Source: Chitinivibrionales bacterium (GTDB lineage: Bacteria; Fibrobacterota; Chitinivibrionia; Chitinivibrionales; WJKA01). Taken from it: a DNA stretch of 64,000 nucleotides. Made by a program: the position numbers and the translations under genes. This document shows, one piece after another, positions 1 through 9,914 of this stretch. The notes below the pieces were generated by a model. It had not been told where the DNA came from. It worked only from the letters and a program-made list of their open reading frames with translations, and did not search any database. Every line of letters begins with the position of its first letter. The first letter of the stretch is position 1. The DNA is taken from contig JBBRUX010000014.1 in the NCBI GenBank assembly GCA_038247415.1, positions 12,758 through 76,757 on the forward strand. The letters are read 5' to 3'.

Positions 1-174
1 TTCGTCGTCGTTAATGTGATCAACAACATCGCCACTTGCTTTTTCGATTACATTTTGATCGGTAAGTTTCTGGAGATTATCGATATCATCTTTTTTAAGG
101 GATGCGCCCGAAAGCGATGAGATATCGTCGGGCATAAATGGAGAAGAGAGATTATTTTCTTGCGATTGATCCAT
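1..174 (-). CDS. Hypothetical acidic protein, 5' part (runs off the window edge)
   Basis: Manual translation MDQSQENNLSSPFMPDDISSLSGASLKKDDIDNLQKLTD... is open to base 1; GAGGA-like RBS upstream. Confidence 0.6.
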   Translation of the reverse strand, partial: MDQSQENNLSSPFMPDDISSLSGASLKKDDIDNLQKLTDQNVIEKASGDVVDHINDDE

Positions 175-576
175 AAAAATTTGAAATCCTCGTTTAAGGG
201 CTTAACAAGCACTCTCTAGCAATTCCGAATTAAGGGCAATGAAATTGTGCAGCTCTGAAAGACCCTTGATTTAAAATAGTATTTGTGGGATGAATCGAGG
301 GGTAATTCCTGGTGGGTCGATCAGGTATTTCGTTACGTTGAGATAGTTGAGTGTTTTAAAAACAACTGGTTCGCGTTGCAGAAAAATGCTGATCTGCGGT
401 TGTTGATATAAAAAATCAACGCTTCTATGGGCGAAAACTATTTTTTTTATCTTAGTAAAACAAAATTTACTATATTCTATAATGATCCATAAGGTTTATT
501 GTGGTGGTTATTGTTTTTAGTGTTGATTTTAATGTTGTTAGAATCGTTTTTATCACTTTTTCTGGAGGAGTTTGGT

Positions 577-1461
577 ATGAAGAGGAGTTTTTCAAAAGTT
601 TTGGGGATGGTATCTGCTGCTGTTTTGGTTTCTGCAACAATAATGCAGGTTGGTGCTACGCCACTAACCCCGTTTCCAGCAAATGGTTTAAGAAGCACAC
701 AGGCTAATGCAACAATGTTTCCGACTAGTTACGGACCCTATAATGCACGTTCAGCTATTTGTGACCTTGACTCTGCAATATGCGATACATTCCTTTCTAA
801 TTTTAGACCCAATTTCTGGATCATGTTCCCTCAAGTGGATTTTGGAACAACAGGTTTAAAATTGCGTGATACTATTTATACCTGGTACGGTGTGCCATGG
901 AATGATGCTGGTAGAAGGCTCCGGATCGTTTTGGATACCGTTGGCGATTTTTCCACAGGTGATACTATGGCCGCATCTCGTAACACGCTTGGCCAGGTAA
1001 TTACAAACTGGACTAATGGAGGTTGGGATGGGGTTGATGTTAAAACTGGTTTGGTTTCGGTAAAAACACCTGTTACAGGCGTACATGATGTCTACGTTGT
1101 AGCTTTTGATCCAGCTAATACGAATTCTGGTGGTGTTTGCAATTTTTATGGCTTAGCTTTTGGGCCAACGCTTCCCAATAATGAAGCAGGAATTAGGGGA
1201 GCAAGTGTTCATTCTTTGCGCAATGCAGCACTAGGCTTTTCTGTTAAAAATACAGCATCTAACCTTTTGGTTAGTCTCCCCTCTCAAAATAATTGGGACG
1301 TTTCTGTCGTAAGCGCCACAGGTGCGGTACGCTCGAGTGTTTCTGTACATGGCGCAAGCAGTGCTGTTCTTGGATTAAAGACTCTTGTTGCTGGATCGTA
1401 TATTGTTCGTGCTCAGAGCAGCGCTGGAACTTTTTCTCAGTCAGTTGTTATCTCTCGCTAA
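577..1461 (+). CDS. Secreted protein with CBM6-like domain and T9SS-like C-terminal sorting domain
   Basis: GGAGGAG RBS before ATG 577; signal peptide; VDFGTT and TGVHDVYVV are CBM6-type motifs; tail LVAGSYIVRAQS..FSQSVVI. Confidence 0.65.
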   Translation: MKRSFSKVLGMVSAAVLVSATIMQVGATPLTPFPANGLRSTQANATMFPTSYGPYNARSAICDLDSAICDTFLSNFRPNFWIMFPQVDFGTTGLKLRDTIYTWYGVPWNDAGRRLRIVLDTVGDFSTGDTMAASRNTLGQVITNWTNGGWDGVDVKTGLVSVKTPVTGVHDVYVVAFDPANTNSGGVCNFYGLAFGPTLPNNEAGIRGASVHSLRNAALGFSVKNTASNLLVSLPSQNNWDVSVVSATGAVRSSVSVHGASSAVLGLKTLVAGSYIVRAQSSAGTFSQSVVISR

Positions 1462-1485
1462 TTTTTTTGGACTGTTTAAGGTTTC

Positions 1486-1516
1486 TTAAAAGGGCGAATG
1501 CAATTCGCCCTTTTAA
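1486..1516 (+). terminator. Intrinsic terminator
   Basis: TTAAAAGGGCGAA / TTCGCCCTTTTAA stem after the stop at 1461. Confidence 0.8.
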
Positions 1517-1723
1517 ATAAAGTTTTTTAAAAGATTTTTGTATAAATAAGTATCGTGTTATTTATTCGATTAAGTGCAAACTTTACGTGAGCAGAGATCT
1601 GGCAGATTGTCTTTTTGAAATTTGACAACAGACGCTTGTGTGAGTAAAAAGCAATTATTTCAAGAGCGTTGTATATAAATATGAATCACACGTTTTTTAC
1701 CATTGTCCGAAGGGCAGATTGAT

Positions 1724-3868
1724 ATGCGAACAAAAAAAGTGATTTTTGCAGCAGGAATTCTGGCGCTTAGCATGGCGAACATCGCTCTTGGTCAGGAAAC
1801 TTTTCCTAAAATTTACCCTACACCTCTCGATCCAGGTTGGAATGATGTAACGAAATATGGCGCCGACAAAACTGGTAAAGTCGATGCGACTTCTATTATT
1901 CGAACCATTCTAAAACGCAGCTCTGACTATACTATTCCTTTGCAAATTTATTTCCCTGCAGGAACCTATCTTGTTTCGGATTCCATGGGTTTTACCGAGG
2001 TTAACAAATGCAATGTTACGTTTCGCGGTCAAGGCCCTGAGCACTCAATAATCAAGCTGGTAAATAATGCCGCCGCTTTTACCACCCCCAAAGCAATTTT
2101 TTCTACTTCATCGGGCAATATGCAATTTAAAAATCATTTTTTTGATCTTGGTATTAATATTGGAAAAGGCAATAAAAATGCTATTGGTGTCGATTTTATA
2201 GCCAATAATCGCGGTGCTATGGAAAATATTCGCATTGTTTCTGGTGACAGCACAGGATATTGTGGAATTATAATGGAGCGCGGATGGCCAGGGCCTTGCT
2301 TATTGCGCAATATTACTGTTGAGGGCTTTGATTATGGAATTCGGGTAGGTTGTACAGAATATGGCCCAACCTTCGAAAATATCACGCTCAAAAACCAGAA
2401 ACTGGTTGCGTTTAATAATCCTAGCAACATTGTAGCAATTCGCAATCTTACTACTGTTGGGACAGGTAAATCACTTGTAAATGGCAATATGGCAATTCTT
2501 CTTGGTGCAAATCTTGGTAGCCCTCCTATTGAAACGGGTACCCAAGCAACTACGTATTATCGAGATGTTAAAATTAATGATAAAGCAATTTCTGATTGGT
2601 CATCACAGCCTTCACGAAGATTGTTTACAGATGCGCGTAACGACCAGCCACTCAAATTGCCGGTAAAAGAAACTCCCGATTTTCACGATAATACTATGAC
2701 AAATTGGTTTGATATCGGATCTATTGGCGACAAAGAGGCTTTCAATAATGGTCGGGCCCTTATTGAAGCTGGTATGGTGAATAAAACAACACTTTATTTT
2801 CCAATGCATCCATCATCAACACTTGGAAAATTCTATGGCGCATATGGCATCGCAGATACGATCCGAATTCCTAAAAATATTCGCAAAATTTATGGAACAG
2901 AGACTTTTTTAAATGCCACAGCAATTGTGGCAAAAAAGTATTCGAGATATGGCTTGACCCCTGCTCTTTCGACGCTTTATATTCTTGTCGATCAAGGTGA
3001 TAGCACCGACCCTGCATTGATCATTGAGGGCATTGAGTTTGGTTCTACTACTATTATTCATAACTGTTCACGGGCTATTGCACTAAAACATACCAATATC
3101 CCTACAATCGTTTCCGGCGCAAATGCAGGGGATCTGTTTTTTGAAGATGTAATTGGCTTCTATATGAATCAACAGCATCGCAGCAAAGTGTGGGCGCGTC
3201 AATGGAACTCCGAAACGCTTACCGAAGGAAGTCTTGTTCCACGCATCGAAAATAATGGTGGAGATATGTGGGTTTTTGGTCTCAAGACAGAAGGTCTTGG
3301 TTCTGTTCTCAAGACGTTTAATAGAGGAAGAACCGAAGTGTATGGAACACTTTTGTATCCTGTCACAAAGCCAACGATAAATGACACCGGCATTGCGGCA
3401 TTTACCATAGATTCTATTTCGAGTGCAAATTTCATTTTTGCCGAAAGAGCCTATCCTGGAAATGGTTTTTACAGAAGAATTATTGAAGAAACAAGAAGTG
3501 GCATCACCAAGCAATTTCGGTTTGATAGTTTGATTGGGGCGAATATGAACATGTTTATTGGTAAAGCTGTTGATTTCTCGGATCCTTTTCTTAAACCCGA
3601 AATTCCGACAGTGGGAATTGCTAAGCCACCTGCGGTAGCTGGTATCATTAGGGCTTTGCCAAAGCCATCTGCATTGGTAAGCTTACACGCGCAAAAATCG
3701 CTCTATTTAGGTACTGGTGTGGCAGGTGTTGCGCTGTATTCTGTGAATGGCCAAAAACTTTGGGGTTATTCGCGAACAGACGCGAAATTGCCAAAAACGG
3801 TTGTTGTCCCCGGCGCTGTTGCTGCTAACCGAGTGGCGATTGTTAAGTATTCGACAGCCGCTCATTAG
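1724..3868 (+). CDS. Secreted Pectate_lyase_3/GH55-like tandem beta-helix protein with T9SS-like tail
   Basis: Signal peptide; DVTKYGADKTGKVDAT..IYFPAGTYLVS motif; second helix repeat LYFP..IPKNIRKIYG; WVFGLKTE; YSVNGQKLW tail. Confidence 0.75.
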   Translation: MRTKKVIFAAGILALSMANIALGQETFPKIYPTPLDPGWNDVTKYGADKTGKVDATSIIRTILKRSSDYTIPLQIYFPAGTYLVSDSMGFTEVNKCNVTFRGQGPEHSIIKLVNNAAAFTTPKAIFSTSSGNMQFKNHFFDLGINIGKGNKNAIGVDFIANNRGAMENIRIVSGDSTGYCGIIMERGWPGPCLLRNITVEGFDYGIRVGCTEYGPTFENITLKNQKLVAFNNPSNIVAIRNLTTVGTGKSLVNGNMAILLGANLGSPPIETGTQATTYYRDVKINDKAISDWSSQPSRRLFTDARNDQPLKLPVKETPDFHDNTMTNWFDIGSIGDKEAFNNGRALIEAGMVNKTTLYFPMHPSSTLGKFYGAYGIADTIRIPKNIRKIYGTETFLNATAIVAKKYSRYGLTPALSTLYILVDQGDSTDPALIIEGIEFGSTTIIHNCSRAIALKHTNIPTIVSGANAGDLFFEDVIGFYMNQQHRSKVWARQWNSETLTEGSLVPRIENNGGDMWVFGLKTEGLGSVLKTFNRGRTEVYGTLLYPVTKPTINDTGIAAFTIDSISSANFIFAERAYPGNGFYRRIIEETRSGITKQFRFDSLIGANMNMFIGKAVDFSDPFLKPEIPTVGIAKPPAVAGIIRALPKPSALVSLHAQKSLYLGTGVAGVALYSVNGQKLWGYSRTDAKLPKTVVVPGAVAANRVAIVKYSTAAH

Positions 3869-3887
3869 GTATATTGTTTGGTCTCAT

Positions 3888-3931
3888 AAGAAAGGCTCTT
3901 TGGCGTTTGCCCCAGAGCCTTTCTTTTTTTT
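3888..3931 (+). terminator. Intrinsic terminator
   Basis: AAGAAAGGCTCT / AGAGCCTTTCTT stem followed by a T tract. Confidence 0.85.
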
Positions 3932-4088
3932 GCGCCCTATCTTTATTCCGGCCATCACTTCGCTCCTTGCGCTCTCCCTAAACCCCATAGTCTCCGGTAT
4001 TTTATTTTAAGTGTAGATATAACACATTACGTAATTTGCATTAACGCCTTGAAAATAAAGGAATTATATCATTGCCAGAGTTTAGATA

Positions 4089-4123
4089 AGGGCTATCTTT
4101 AAATATAGATAGCCTTTTTTTTT
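4089..4123 (+). terminator. Terminator-like hairpin with no preceding CDS
   Basis: GGCTATCT / AGATAGCC stem followed by about 10 T. Confidence 0.6.
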
Positions 4124-4131
4124 AAGGGATA

Positions 4132-4160
4132 TTGACATCGGCCTAAAGTTCTCCTAGATT
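4132..4160 (+). promoter_or_regulatory. Sigma70-type promoter
   Basis: TTGACA-17 nt-TAGATT, 70 nt upstream of ATG 4231. Confidence 0.7.
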
Positions 4161-4230
4161 AAGTAATACTAATTGATGAGGCTATTCAACAAAATTAGGT
4201 CCCTTTACTCTGTTGTTGTAAGGAGAACGT

Positions 4231-4854
4231 ATGGTTTGTAAGGTGTGCAATAAATCGATCTCTGATAATGCTTTTATGTGCCCAAGTTGCGGGGAGCCCT
4301 ACGAAATTAAAAATATTCTTTCGGCCCACACGCAGCGGCTCGGCCTTTTATCTGAGGCATTTGCCGTCATGCTCGATTCGCAGGCGTTTATTTTGTCGGC
4401 ACTTGGTAAAACCGATTCAGCGATTTCGCAAAAGCATGCAACGGATCTCGCTTCTCTCAGTGGCCGACTCCGCAAGAGTGAGAGTCCAATCGCCCCTAAG
4501 CTTCATGATACGCGTACTATCAATGTTGGGACTGTTGTAGCCAAGCCTATAATGGCCGCTGTTGGAAGTAAGCCAGCAACGCAAAAAATTATTGTTGAGC
4601 AGCCAGTTCCTGCTAAGCCAGTTCCAAAACCAGAATTTAAAAGCCCCCCGCCCCAAGCTGCGTCACTACCAAAGGCTCCTGCCCCAAAACCTATTGAAAT
4701 ACTAGGGACAGCACACAGTGATGACGATGATATTGCAATTTTTGAGATCAAATCGGCACCTCCGGTACCTCAAAAAAGGGCACCTCAACCCGCACCTGCA
4801 ATGGCTTCGAAATCGGCTCAAAAAGTAGAAGAAGTAGATCTCTTCGATTTGTAA
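4231..4854 (+). CDS. Zinc-ribbon protein with Pro-rich disordered tail
   Basis: AAGGAG RBS; CKVC...CPSCG; Pro/Ala/Lys-rich C-terminal half. Confidence 0.75.
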   Translation: MVCKVCNKSISDNAFMCPSCGEPYEIKNILSAHTQRLGLLSEAFAVMLDSQAFILSALGKTDSAISQKHATDLASLSGRLRKSESPIAPKLHDTRTINVGTVVAKPIMAAVGSKPATQKIIVEQPVPAKPVPKPEFKSPPPQAASLPKAPAPKPIEILGTAHSDDDDIAIFEIKSAPPVPQKRAPQPAPAMASKSAQKVEEVDLFDL

Positions 4855-4926
4855 TGGTGTGCTGAAATTTTGCGCGGAAAGATTGGCGTGGAAGGTTTTT
4901 AAGAATTGATAAAAAGTAGTAATCGA

Positions 4927-4958
4927 ACAAAACCACCGAGGGATCTCGGTGGTTTTGT
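4927..4958. terminator. Bidirectional terminator between convergent genes
   Basis: ACAAAACCACCGAG-GGAT-CTCGGTGGTTTTGT perfect 14-bp stem. Confidence 0.85.
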
Positions 4959-4973
4959 GTTATAAGGCGGGCC

Positions 4974-5963
4974 TTATGGCACTTCTACACCATCGAAGAG
5001 CTTTTGAATAACATCTTCTGAGGTCATGCTTTCGGCTTCTGCTTCGTAGGTCAGCAGAATGCGATGGCGCAATACGTCCATACCAATAGATTTAATATCT
5101 TCAGGGGTTACATACCCTCTGCCACGAATAAAAGCATGTGCTCGCGCTGCTTTGGTAAGGCAGATGGTTGCTCGGGGAGAAGCCCCAACGCTAATGAGCG
5201 GAATAAGGCTGGATAATCCCGCCTCGGCAGGGTTTCGCGTTGCGCACACCAGGTTGACAATATAATCTTCTACTTTAGGATCCATATAAATTTCGTTCAC
5301 CAGTGCGCATGCTTTTGTAATGCGCGCCGCATCAATCACCTTGCCTACGGTAGGCATTTCTCCCTTACCCATGCGCTCGAGGATTTGCTTTTCTTCCTCT
5401 TTTGTTGGGTAGGTTATTTTGAGCTTAAGCATGAAACGGTCTACCTGCGCCTCGGGGAGCGGATAGGTTCCTTCTTGTTCGATAGGATTTTGCGTTGCAA
5501 GAACCAGGAAAGGGTCGGCAAGGGGATGTGTGGTTCCGCCAATGGTAACTTGACGTTCCTGCATAGCTTCAAGCAGCGCACTCTGCACTTTGGCGGGTGC
5601 CCGATTAATTTCGTCTGCAAGGACTATATTAGTAAAAATAGGTCCTTTTTTAACGACAAAGTCTCCGGTTTTCTGGTTATACACCATGGTACCAATCAGA
5701 TCGGCAGGCAAAAGATCTGGGGTAAATTGGATCCGCTGAAAACCCGTATCAATTGCTTTTGCAAGTGTTGACACAGCAAGAGTTTTTGCGAGGCCGGGAA
5801 CGCCTTCGAGAAGAATATGTCCCCGCGTTAAAAGTCCAATAAGCAAGCGATCGATCATTTTGGTTTGACCAACAATAACTTTTGAAAGCTCACCCCGCAC
5901 TAAACTCACAAAACTTGACTCTTCGGCAATCTTTTCGTTGATGCGCGTTATGTCGACCGACAT
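4974..5963 (-). CDS. moxR: MoxR-family AAA+ ATPase
   Basis: LEGVPGLAKT, RIQFTPDLLPADL, LADEINRAPAKVQSALLEAM, LATQNPIEQEGTYPLPEAQVDRF; start placed after AGGAAAGGA. Confidence 0.95.
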   Translation of the reverse strand: MSVDITRINEKIAEESSFVSLVRGELSKVIVGQTKMIDRLLIGLLTRGHILLEGVPGLAKTLAVSTLAKAIDTGFQRIQFTPDLLPADLIGTMVYNQKTGDFVVKKGPIFTNIVLADEINRAPAKVQSALLEAMQERQVTIGGTTHPLADPFLVLATQNPIEQEGTYPLPEAQVDRFMLKLKITYPTKEEEKQILERMGKGEMPTVGKVIDAARITKACALVNEIYMDPKVEDYIVNLVCATRNPAEAGLSSLIPLISVGASPRATICLTKAARAHAFIRGRGYVTPEDIKSIGMDVLRHRILLTYEAEAESMTSEDVIQKLFDGVEVP

Positions 5964-6150
5964 ATTCACAATCCTTTCCTGCTCTAAACGTATACAAGGT
6001 GGCATTTGAATTGGGAAAATCCCGAGCAATTGCAAAATAGCCCAAAGAGGGGCTATAGAACTTAGCATAATATACGAAATTGGCATCAGTTTATTTTAAT
6101 ATGGATAGTTACACTTCTTCATCAATATTTATTGCACGCAAAGGTCGGAT

Positions 6151-6345
6151 ATGATAGCATTACTGGGTGAGCTTATAAGAATCGGTCTCTTGGTATTTTT
6201 TGTAACACTGGTATGGCGGATGCTCTTTGGTGCCTCAAAAAAACAGGGCGCTCAAAAAGCTGCAGCCAAGAATACTACGGCTCGTCGCTTTGATGCGGCT
6301 GGTAAAAATATTAAAGACGCCGATTTTAAGGATGTCTCAAAGTAA
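6151..6345 (+). CDS. Small membrane protein
   Basis: One hydrophobic helix, basic linker, IKDADFKDV C-terminus. Confidence 0.6.
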   Translation: MIALLGELIRIGLLVFFVTLVWRMLFGASKKQGAQKAAAKNTTARRFDAAGKNIKDADFKDVSK

Positions 6346-6383
6346 CTATCAAGTAGCAATGGAAATTGTACAAGGAGTTTCGT

Positions 6384-6740
6384 ATGGAACTATCTGTCAC
6401 GGATGTCGGAAAATTCAAGATCATCAAAGCCGCAGGACGGGTAGACTGGGAAAATGCTCGTTTGCTTGACAAAGAAATACATCAAGTGATTGATGGCGGA
6501 TCTTGTCACATTGTCTTTAATCTCGACGAAGTGACGTTTATATGCAGCGGCGGGATTGGAGCTCTGGTATATAATCTCAATAAAGTAAAAAAAATGGGCG
6601 GTGCCATTTATATCATTTCATCTAATCAGTATGTGAATTATATTTTCGAGACACTCAAATTCGACATTGTTTTTGATGGGTACCTTTTTAGTTCCATCGA
6701 AATGTTTTCTGAACAAGTACTGGACAGACAGGACACCTAA
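6384..6740 (+). CDS. STAS-domain protein (anti-sigma factor antagonist)
   Basis: AAGGAG RBS; GRVD, VFNLDEVTFICSGGIGALV phosphoacceptor-loop motif. Confidence 0.9.
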   Translation: MELSVTDVGKFKIIKAAGRVDWENARLLDKEIHQVIDGGSCHIVFNLDEVTFICSGGIGALVYNLNKVKKMGGAIYIISSNQYVNYIFETLKFDIVFDGYLFSSIEMFSEQVLDRQDT

Positions 6741-6743
6741 ACC

Positions 6744-7850
6744 ATGATTAATCTTCCCCCCCTTCTGTTAGAGCCGCGCATGCAGCAGAAAGTTTGGGGA
6801 GGAACTACTTTTGTTTCATCGTCTCCTGGTTTACCAATAGGAGAAGTCTGGGCAATTTCGGGTCGCGTAGGAAACGCCTCCAAAATTCTGAGTGAGCACG
6901 TCCCCAATTCCACGCTCGATGCTTTCTACGCCGAACACGGCCCGCTTTTGTGCGGTGATCGAAGCCCTCATTCGGAATTTCCACTCCTCTGCAAATTTAT
7001 CGATGCTCAAGATCATCTTTCTGTTCAAGTCCACCCCAATGATGATCAAGCTCAACAAGGCGGGTACGGTCCGTGTGGCAAAACCGAATGTTGGTATATT
7101 GTTGATGCCGCTCCGGGCGCCGAAATTATCGCAGGGTTTAAACCCGGGGTAACCAAAGACGTTTTGCTAGCGCACCTGGCAGATCAGTCCATCGAAAGTA
7201 TTCTCGATCGGTTTCCCATTGCACCAGGGGACATGCTCTTTATTCCCGCAGGTTGTGTGCATGCAATTTTAAAAGGCACGATAATTTACGAAGTGCAACA
7301 AAGCTCCGATACTACAATGCGGTTTTACGATTGGAACCGAAACGCGATAGACAGGCCACTTCATATCGAGCAATCGCTCTCGATGGTCTATTATGGACTT
7401 GGGAGCAATCGCCCTGTACCCCCGTGTGTTAAAAAAATGGTTGGGCCTTTGGTGCATCAGGTTCGCAGCGCCTGCCGTTTTTTTTGTGTTGAAGAAATTT
7501 ATACCGCTGCCGCAGCTGAGGTTGTGGTGCCTGCCGTTAACTCTTGTGTAACGGTGAGCGTGCTTATGGGTGATGCTACACTACTCACCGATCGAGGCAC
7601 TCTCCAGGTCGGTCAATATGGATCGGCATGTATGCCCGCAGATATTGGTCCGCTTACGTTTCAATTCGATAAAGAATCACGCATTCTTATTGCCTATATC
7701 CCCGATTTAATCGCCGATGTTGTTGAGCCTCTTCTGGAAAACGATTATTCACATGGAGAGATTGTTTGTCTTGCTGGTCCAGCCTTAGACAATGATATTG
7801 CTCGCCTTTTAACACCTCTTGGTTCTGTTTTTAATTCACATCGAGAATAG
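6744..7850 (+). CDS. manA: Mannose-6-phosphate isomerase, class I
   Basis: KVWGG, GEVW, KFIDAQDHLSVQVHP, GKTECWYI, PAGCVHAI, EVQQSSDTT. Confidence 0.9.
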   Translation: MINLPPLLLEPRMQQKVWGGTTFVSSSPGLPIGEVWAISGRVGNASKILSEHVPNSTLDAFYAEHGPLLCGDRSPHSEFPLLCKFIDAQDHLSVQVHPNDDQAQQGGYGPCGKTECWYIVDAAPGAEIIAGFKPGVTKDVLLAHLADQSIESILDRFPIAPGDMLFIPAGCVHAILKGTIIYEVQQSSDTTMRFYDWNRNAIDRPLHIEQSLSMVYYGLGSNRPVPPCVKKMVGPLVHQVRSACRFFCVEEIYTAAAAEVVVPAVNSCVTVSVLMGDATLLTDRGTLQVGQYGSACMPADIGPLTFQFDKESRILIAYIPDLIADVVEPLLENDYSHGEIVCLAGPALDNDIARLLTPLGSVFNSHRE

Positions 7851-7960
7851 CTTCGCCACAAGGTATTTTGTAGATACCCGAATGTAGTACCCACCGTAGT
7901 AGCTACGTCGAGCGCACGCTTCGCGCTACCAATTAACGTATGTAAGGCACAAATGTAAGC

Positions 7961-9085
7961 ATGGCACATCTAGAGTGGACTCACCTGGTTGGGCAGCCTA
8001 AAGCCAAAGAGGTTCTTGCTGCTGCGTTTGCAGGAAAAACCTTGGGGCATGCATATCTTTTATGTGGTGAGGAGGGCTGCGGGCCCTTTGCAGCTGCAGT
8101 TGATATGGCGCGTGCAATTTTGTGTTCTACTACGCAATCGGCGCCCTGTCGGGAATGTCCTTCTTGTAAACGTATAGCTCGAGGTGTACACCCCGACTTA
8201 CACACCATTGTGCCTATAGCGCTAACAGCTGAGCATAAGAGCGAAGATGGTTTTTCTGACGAAGGTATGGATTTTTTAAGAGAGGTTGTTGTAGCACGGC
8301 TCTCACATCCTTACGACGAGGTGGCGTTTGATGCAGCTCCCGGAATTCCGGTTGCGTGGATGCGACAGGTTATGCGTGATGTAAATCGCGGTGCCGTTGA
8401 AGGGGAGTGCTGTGTGGTGATTATGGATGGGGTGGATCTTCTGGAAGATTCGTCGGCTAACGCAATGCTTAAAACACTCGAAGAGCCGCCGCCGAACACG
8501 TATTTATTTCTCGTAACATCGCGACATCATGCTGTATTGCCAACGATTGTTTCCCGGTGTCAGACCGTACGATTTGGCGGGCTATCGGTTGCCGAACTTA
8601 CCCAAGGGTTAAAGGCCTTAGAATCGACCCCCTTTTCACCAGAAACCATCGAGTATGCAGTTTCATCGAGTATGGGGTCTCTTTCCCGCGCCCTTTCCAA
8701 TGCAAGAAATCCTGATCTGCAATCGCGGGCAGATGCAATTCTGTTGTTAAATGCAGCACTTTCTACCGATTGGAGCATTCGAGCCCCGCTCGTAGATCGT
8801 TTAGCTCAAACAGGGGCGCATCATCTTAAAGCTATACTGTTGCAGGCGATGCATATAATTAGATCGTCACTCTTTGAGAATGCAACCCTTTCTGAAACGT
8901 ATATTAAAGAGTCTGGCGCCACAATGCAATCATCATTTGCAGTTGCCGATGTTGCAATGGCCAGCAAAATATGTGCAGCCTTGCAGGAAGCAAGTGGTGC
9001 ATTAGATAGTCATGGAAATACTGGCCTTATTTTAGTACACCTGATTGTGAATGTAACGGAGATATTACATGGGAAAAAATGCTAA
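7961..9085 (+). CDS. holB: DNA polymerase III subunit delta'
   Basis: HAYLLCG, C4 zinc site PCRECPSC, HPDL, ANAMLKTLEEPP, LPTIVSRCQ. Confidence 0.9.
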   Translation: MAHLEWTHLVGQPKAKEVLAAAFAGKTLGHAYLLCGEEGCGPFAAAVDMARAILCSTTQSAPCRECPSCKRIARGVHPDLHTIVPIALTAEHKSEDGFSDEGMDFLREVVVARLSHPYDEVAFDAAPGIPVAWMRQVMRDVNRGAVEGECCVVIMDGVDLLEDSSANAMLKTLEEPPPNTYLFLVTSRHHAVLPTIVSRCQTVRFGGLSVAELTQGLKALESTPFSPETIEYAVSSSMGSLSRALSNARNPDLQSRADAILLLNAALSTDWSIRAPLVDRLAQTGAHHLKAILLQAMHIIRSSLFENATLSETYIKESGATMQSSFAVADVAMASKICAALQEASGALDSHGNTGLILVHLIVNVTEILHGKKC

Positions 9086-9914
9086 CCTCGTTGAAGTTGT
9101 TTTTAAGGGAGAACGGCGCGCTGTCTATCGGAATCGCGCCGAACTCGATATCAATAAAGGCGATTTTGTTGTTGTTGAAGCAGAACGCGGTAAAGAAATG
9201 GGTGAGGTTTCCCTTGCGGGAGGTCTTGTTCGGCTCAAGCGCGGCAAAGGCGAAGCGAAAAATGTTATTCGAATAGCTCTTCCCGAAGATCTGAAATTAT
9301 ATGAGGATCTCAAAGCCAAGGCCGACGAAGCTTTTAAAACGTGCCACAACAAAATCACCGAGCATAAACTTGACATGAAGCTTGTTGATGCGGAAGTTCA
9401 GTTTGATAGTTCTAAAATGACATTCTTTTTTACGGCTTCCCAGCGCATCGATTTCCGTGAACTGGTCAAGGATTTGGCCGCTCTTTACCGTACAAGAATA
9501 GAGCTGCGTCAGATTGGTGTTCGCGACGAAGCCAAGCGCATTGGCGGTTGTGGTATCTGTGGCAAAAAACAGTGTTGCAGCGCATTTCTCGAGGAATTCG
9601 AGCAAATTACCACGCAAATGGCAAAAGACCAGATGCTGTCGCTTAATCCCACAAAAATTTCGGGAAATTGCGGCAGGCTTTTGTGTTGTTTACGTTACGA
9701 GCAAGACCGGTACTGCGAAGTGTCTGCACACTTTCCAGCTATGGGAAGCTCTGTAGTTATCGAGGGTAAAACAGGTCTTGTCAATTATATCAATATTTTT
9801 AAGGAGCTTGGTCAGGTCCGCTTCGAAGATGGGACATTCGAGTGGTTTCCGGTCGAGACCTTTAAGACAGGCAAACGAATAGAGGTTGTTGAACATGCAG
9901 AAAAAACAGAATAG
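9069..9914 (+). CDS. ricT: PSP1-domain Fe-S regulatory protein (RicT/YaaT)
   Basis: RIDFRELVKDLA, RIELRQIGVRDEAK, GCGICGKKQCC, KISGNCGRLLCCLRYE. Confidence 0.92.
   Translation: MGKNANLVEVVFKGERRAVYRNRAELDINKGDFVVVEAERGKEMGEVSLAGGLVRLKRGKGEAKNVIRIALPEDLKLYEDLKAKADEAFKTCHNKITEHKLDMKLVDAEVQFDSSKMTFFFTASQRIDFRELVKDLAALYRTRIELRQIGVRDEAKRIGGCGICGKKQCCSAFLEEFEQITTQMAKDQMLSLNPTKISGNCGRLLCCLRYEQDRYCEVSAHFPAMGSSVVIEGKTGLVNYINIFKELGQVRFEDGTFEWFPVETFKTGKRIEVVEHAEKTE

Noticed and set aside
403..419. FNR box
   Set aside because: TTGAT/ATCAA arms are separated by 7 nt rather than the required 4.
7851..7960. Riboswitch or T-box leader before holB-metG
   Set aside because: Only weak hairpins; no T-box, SAM or other recognisable consensus.
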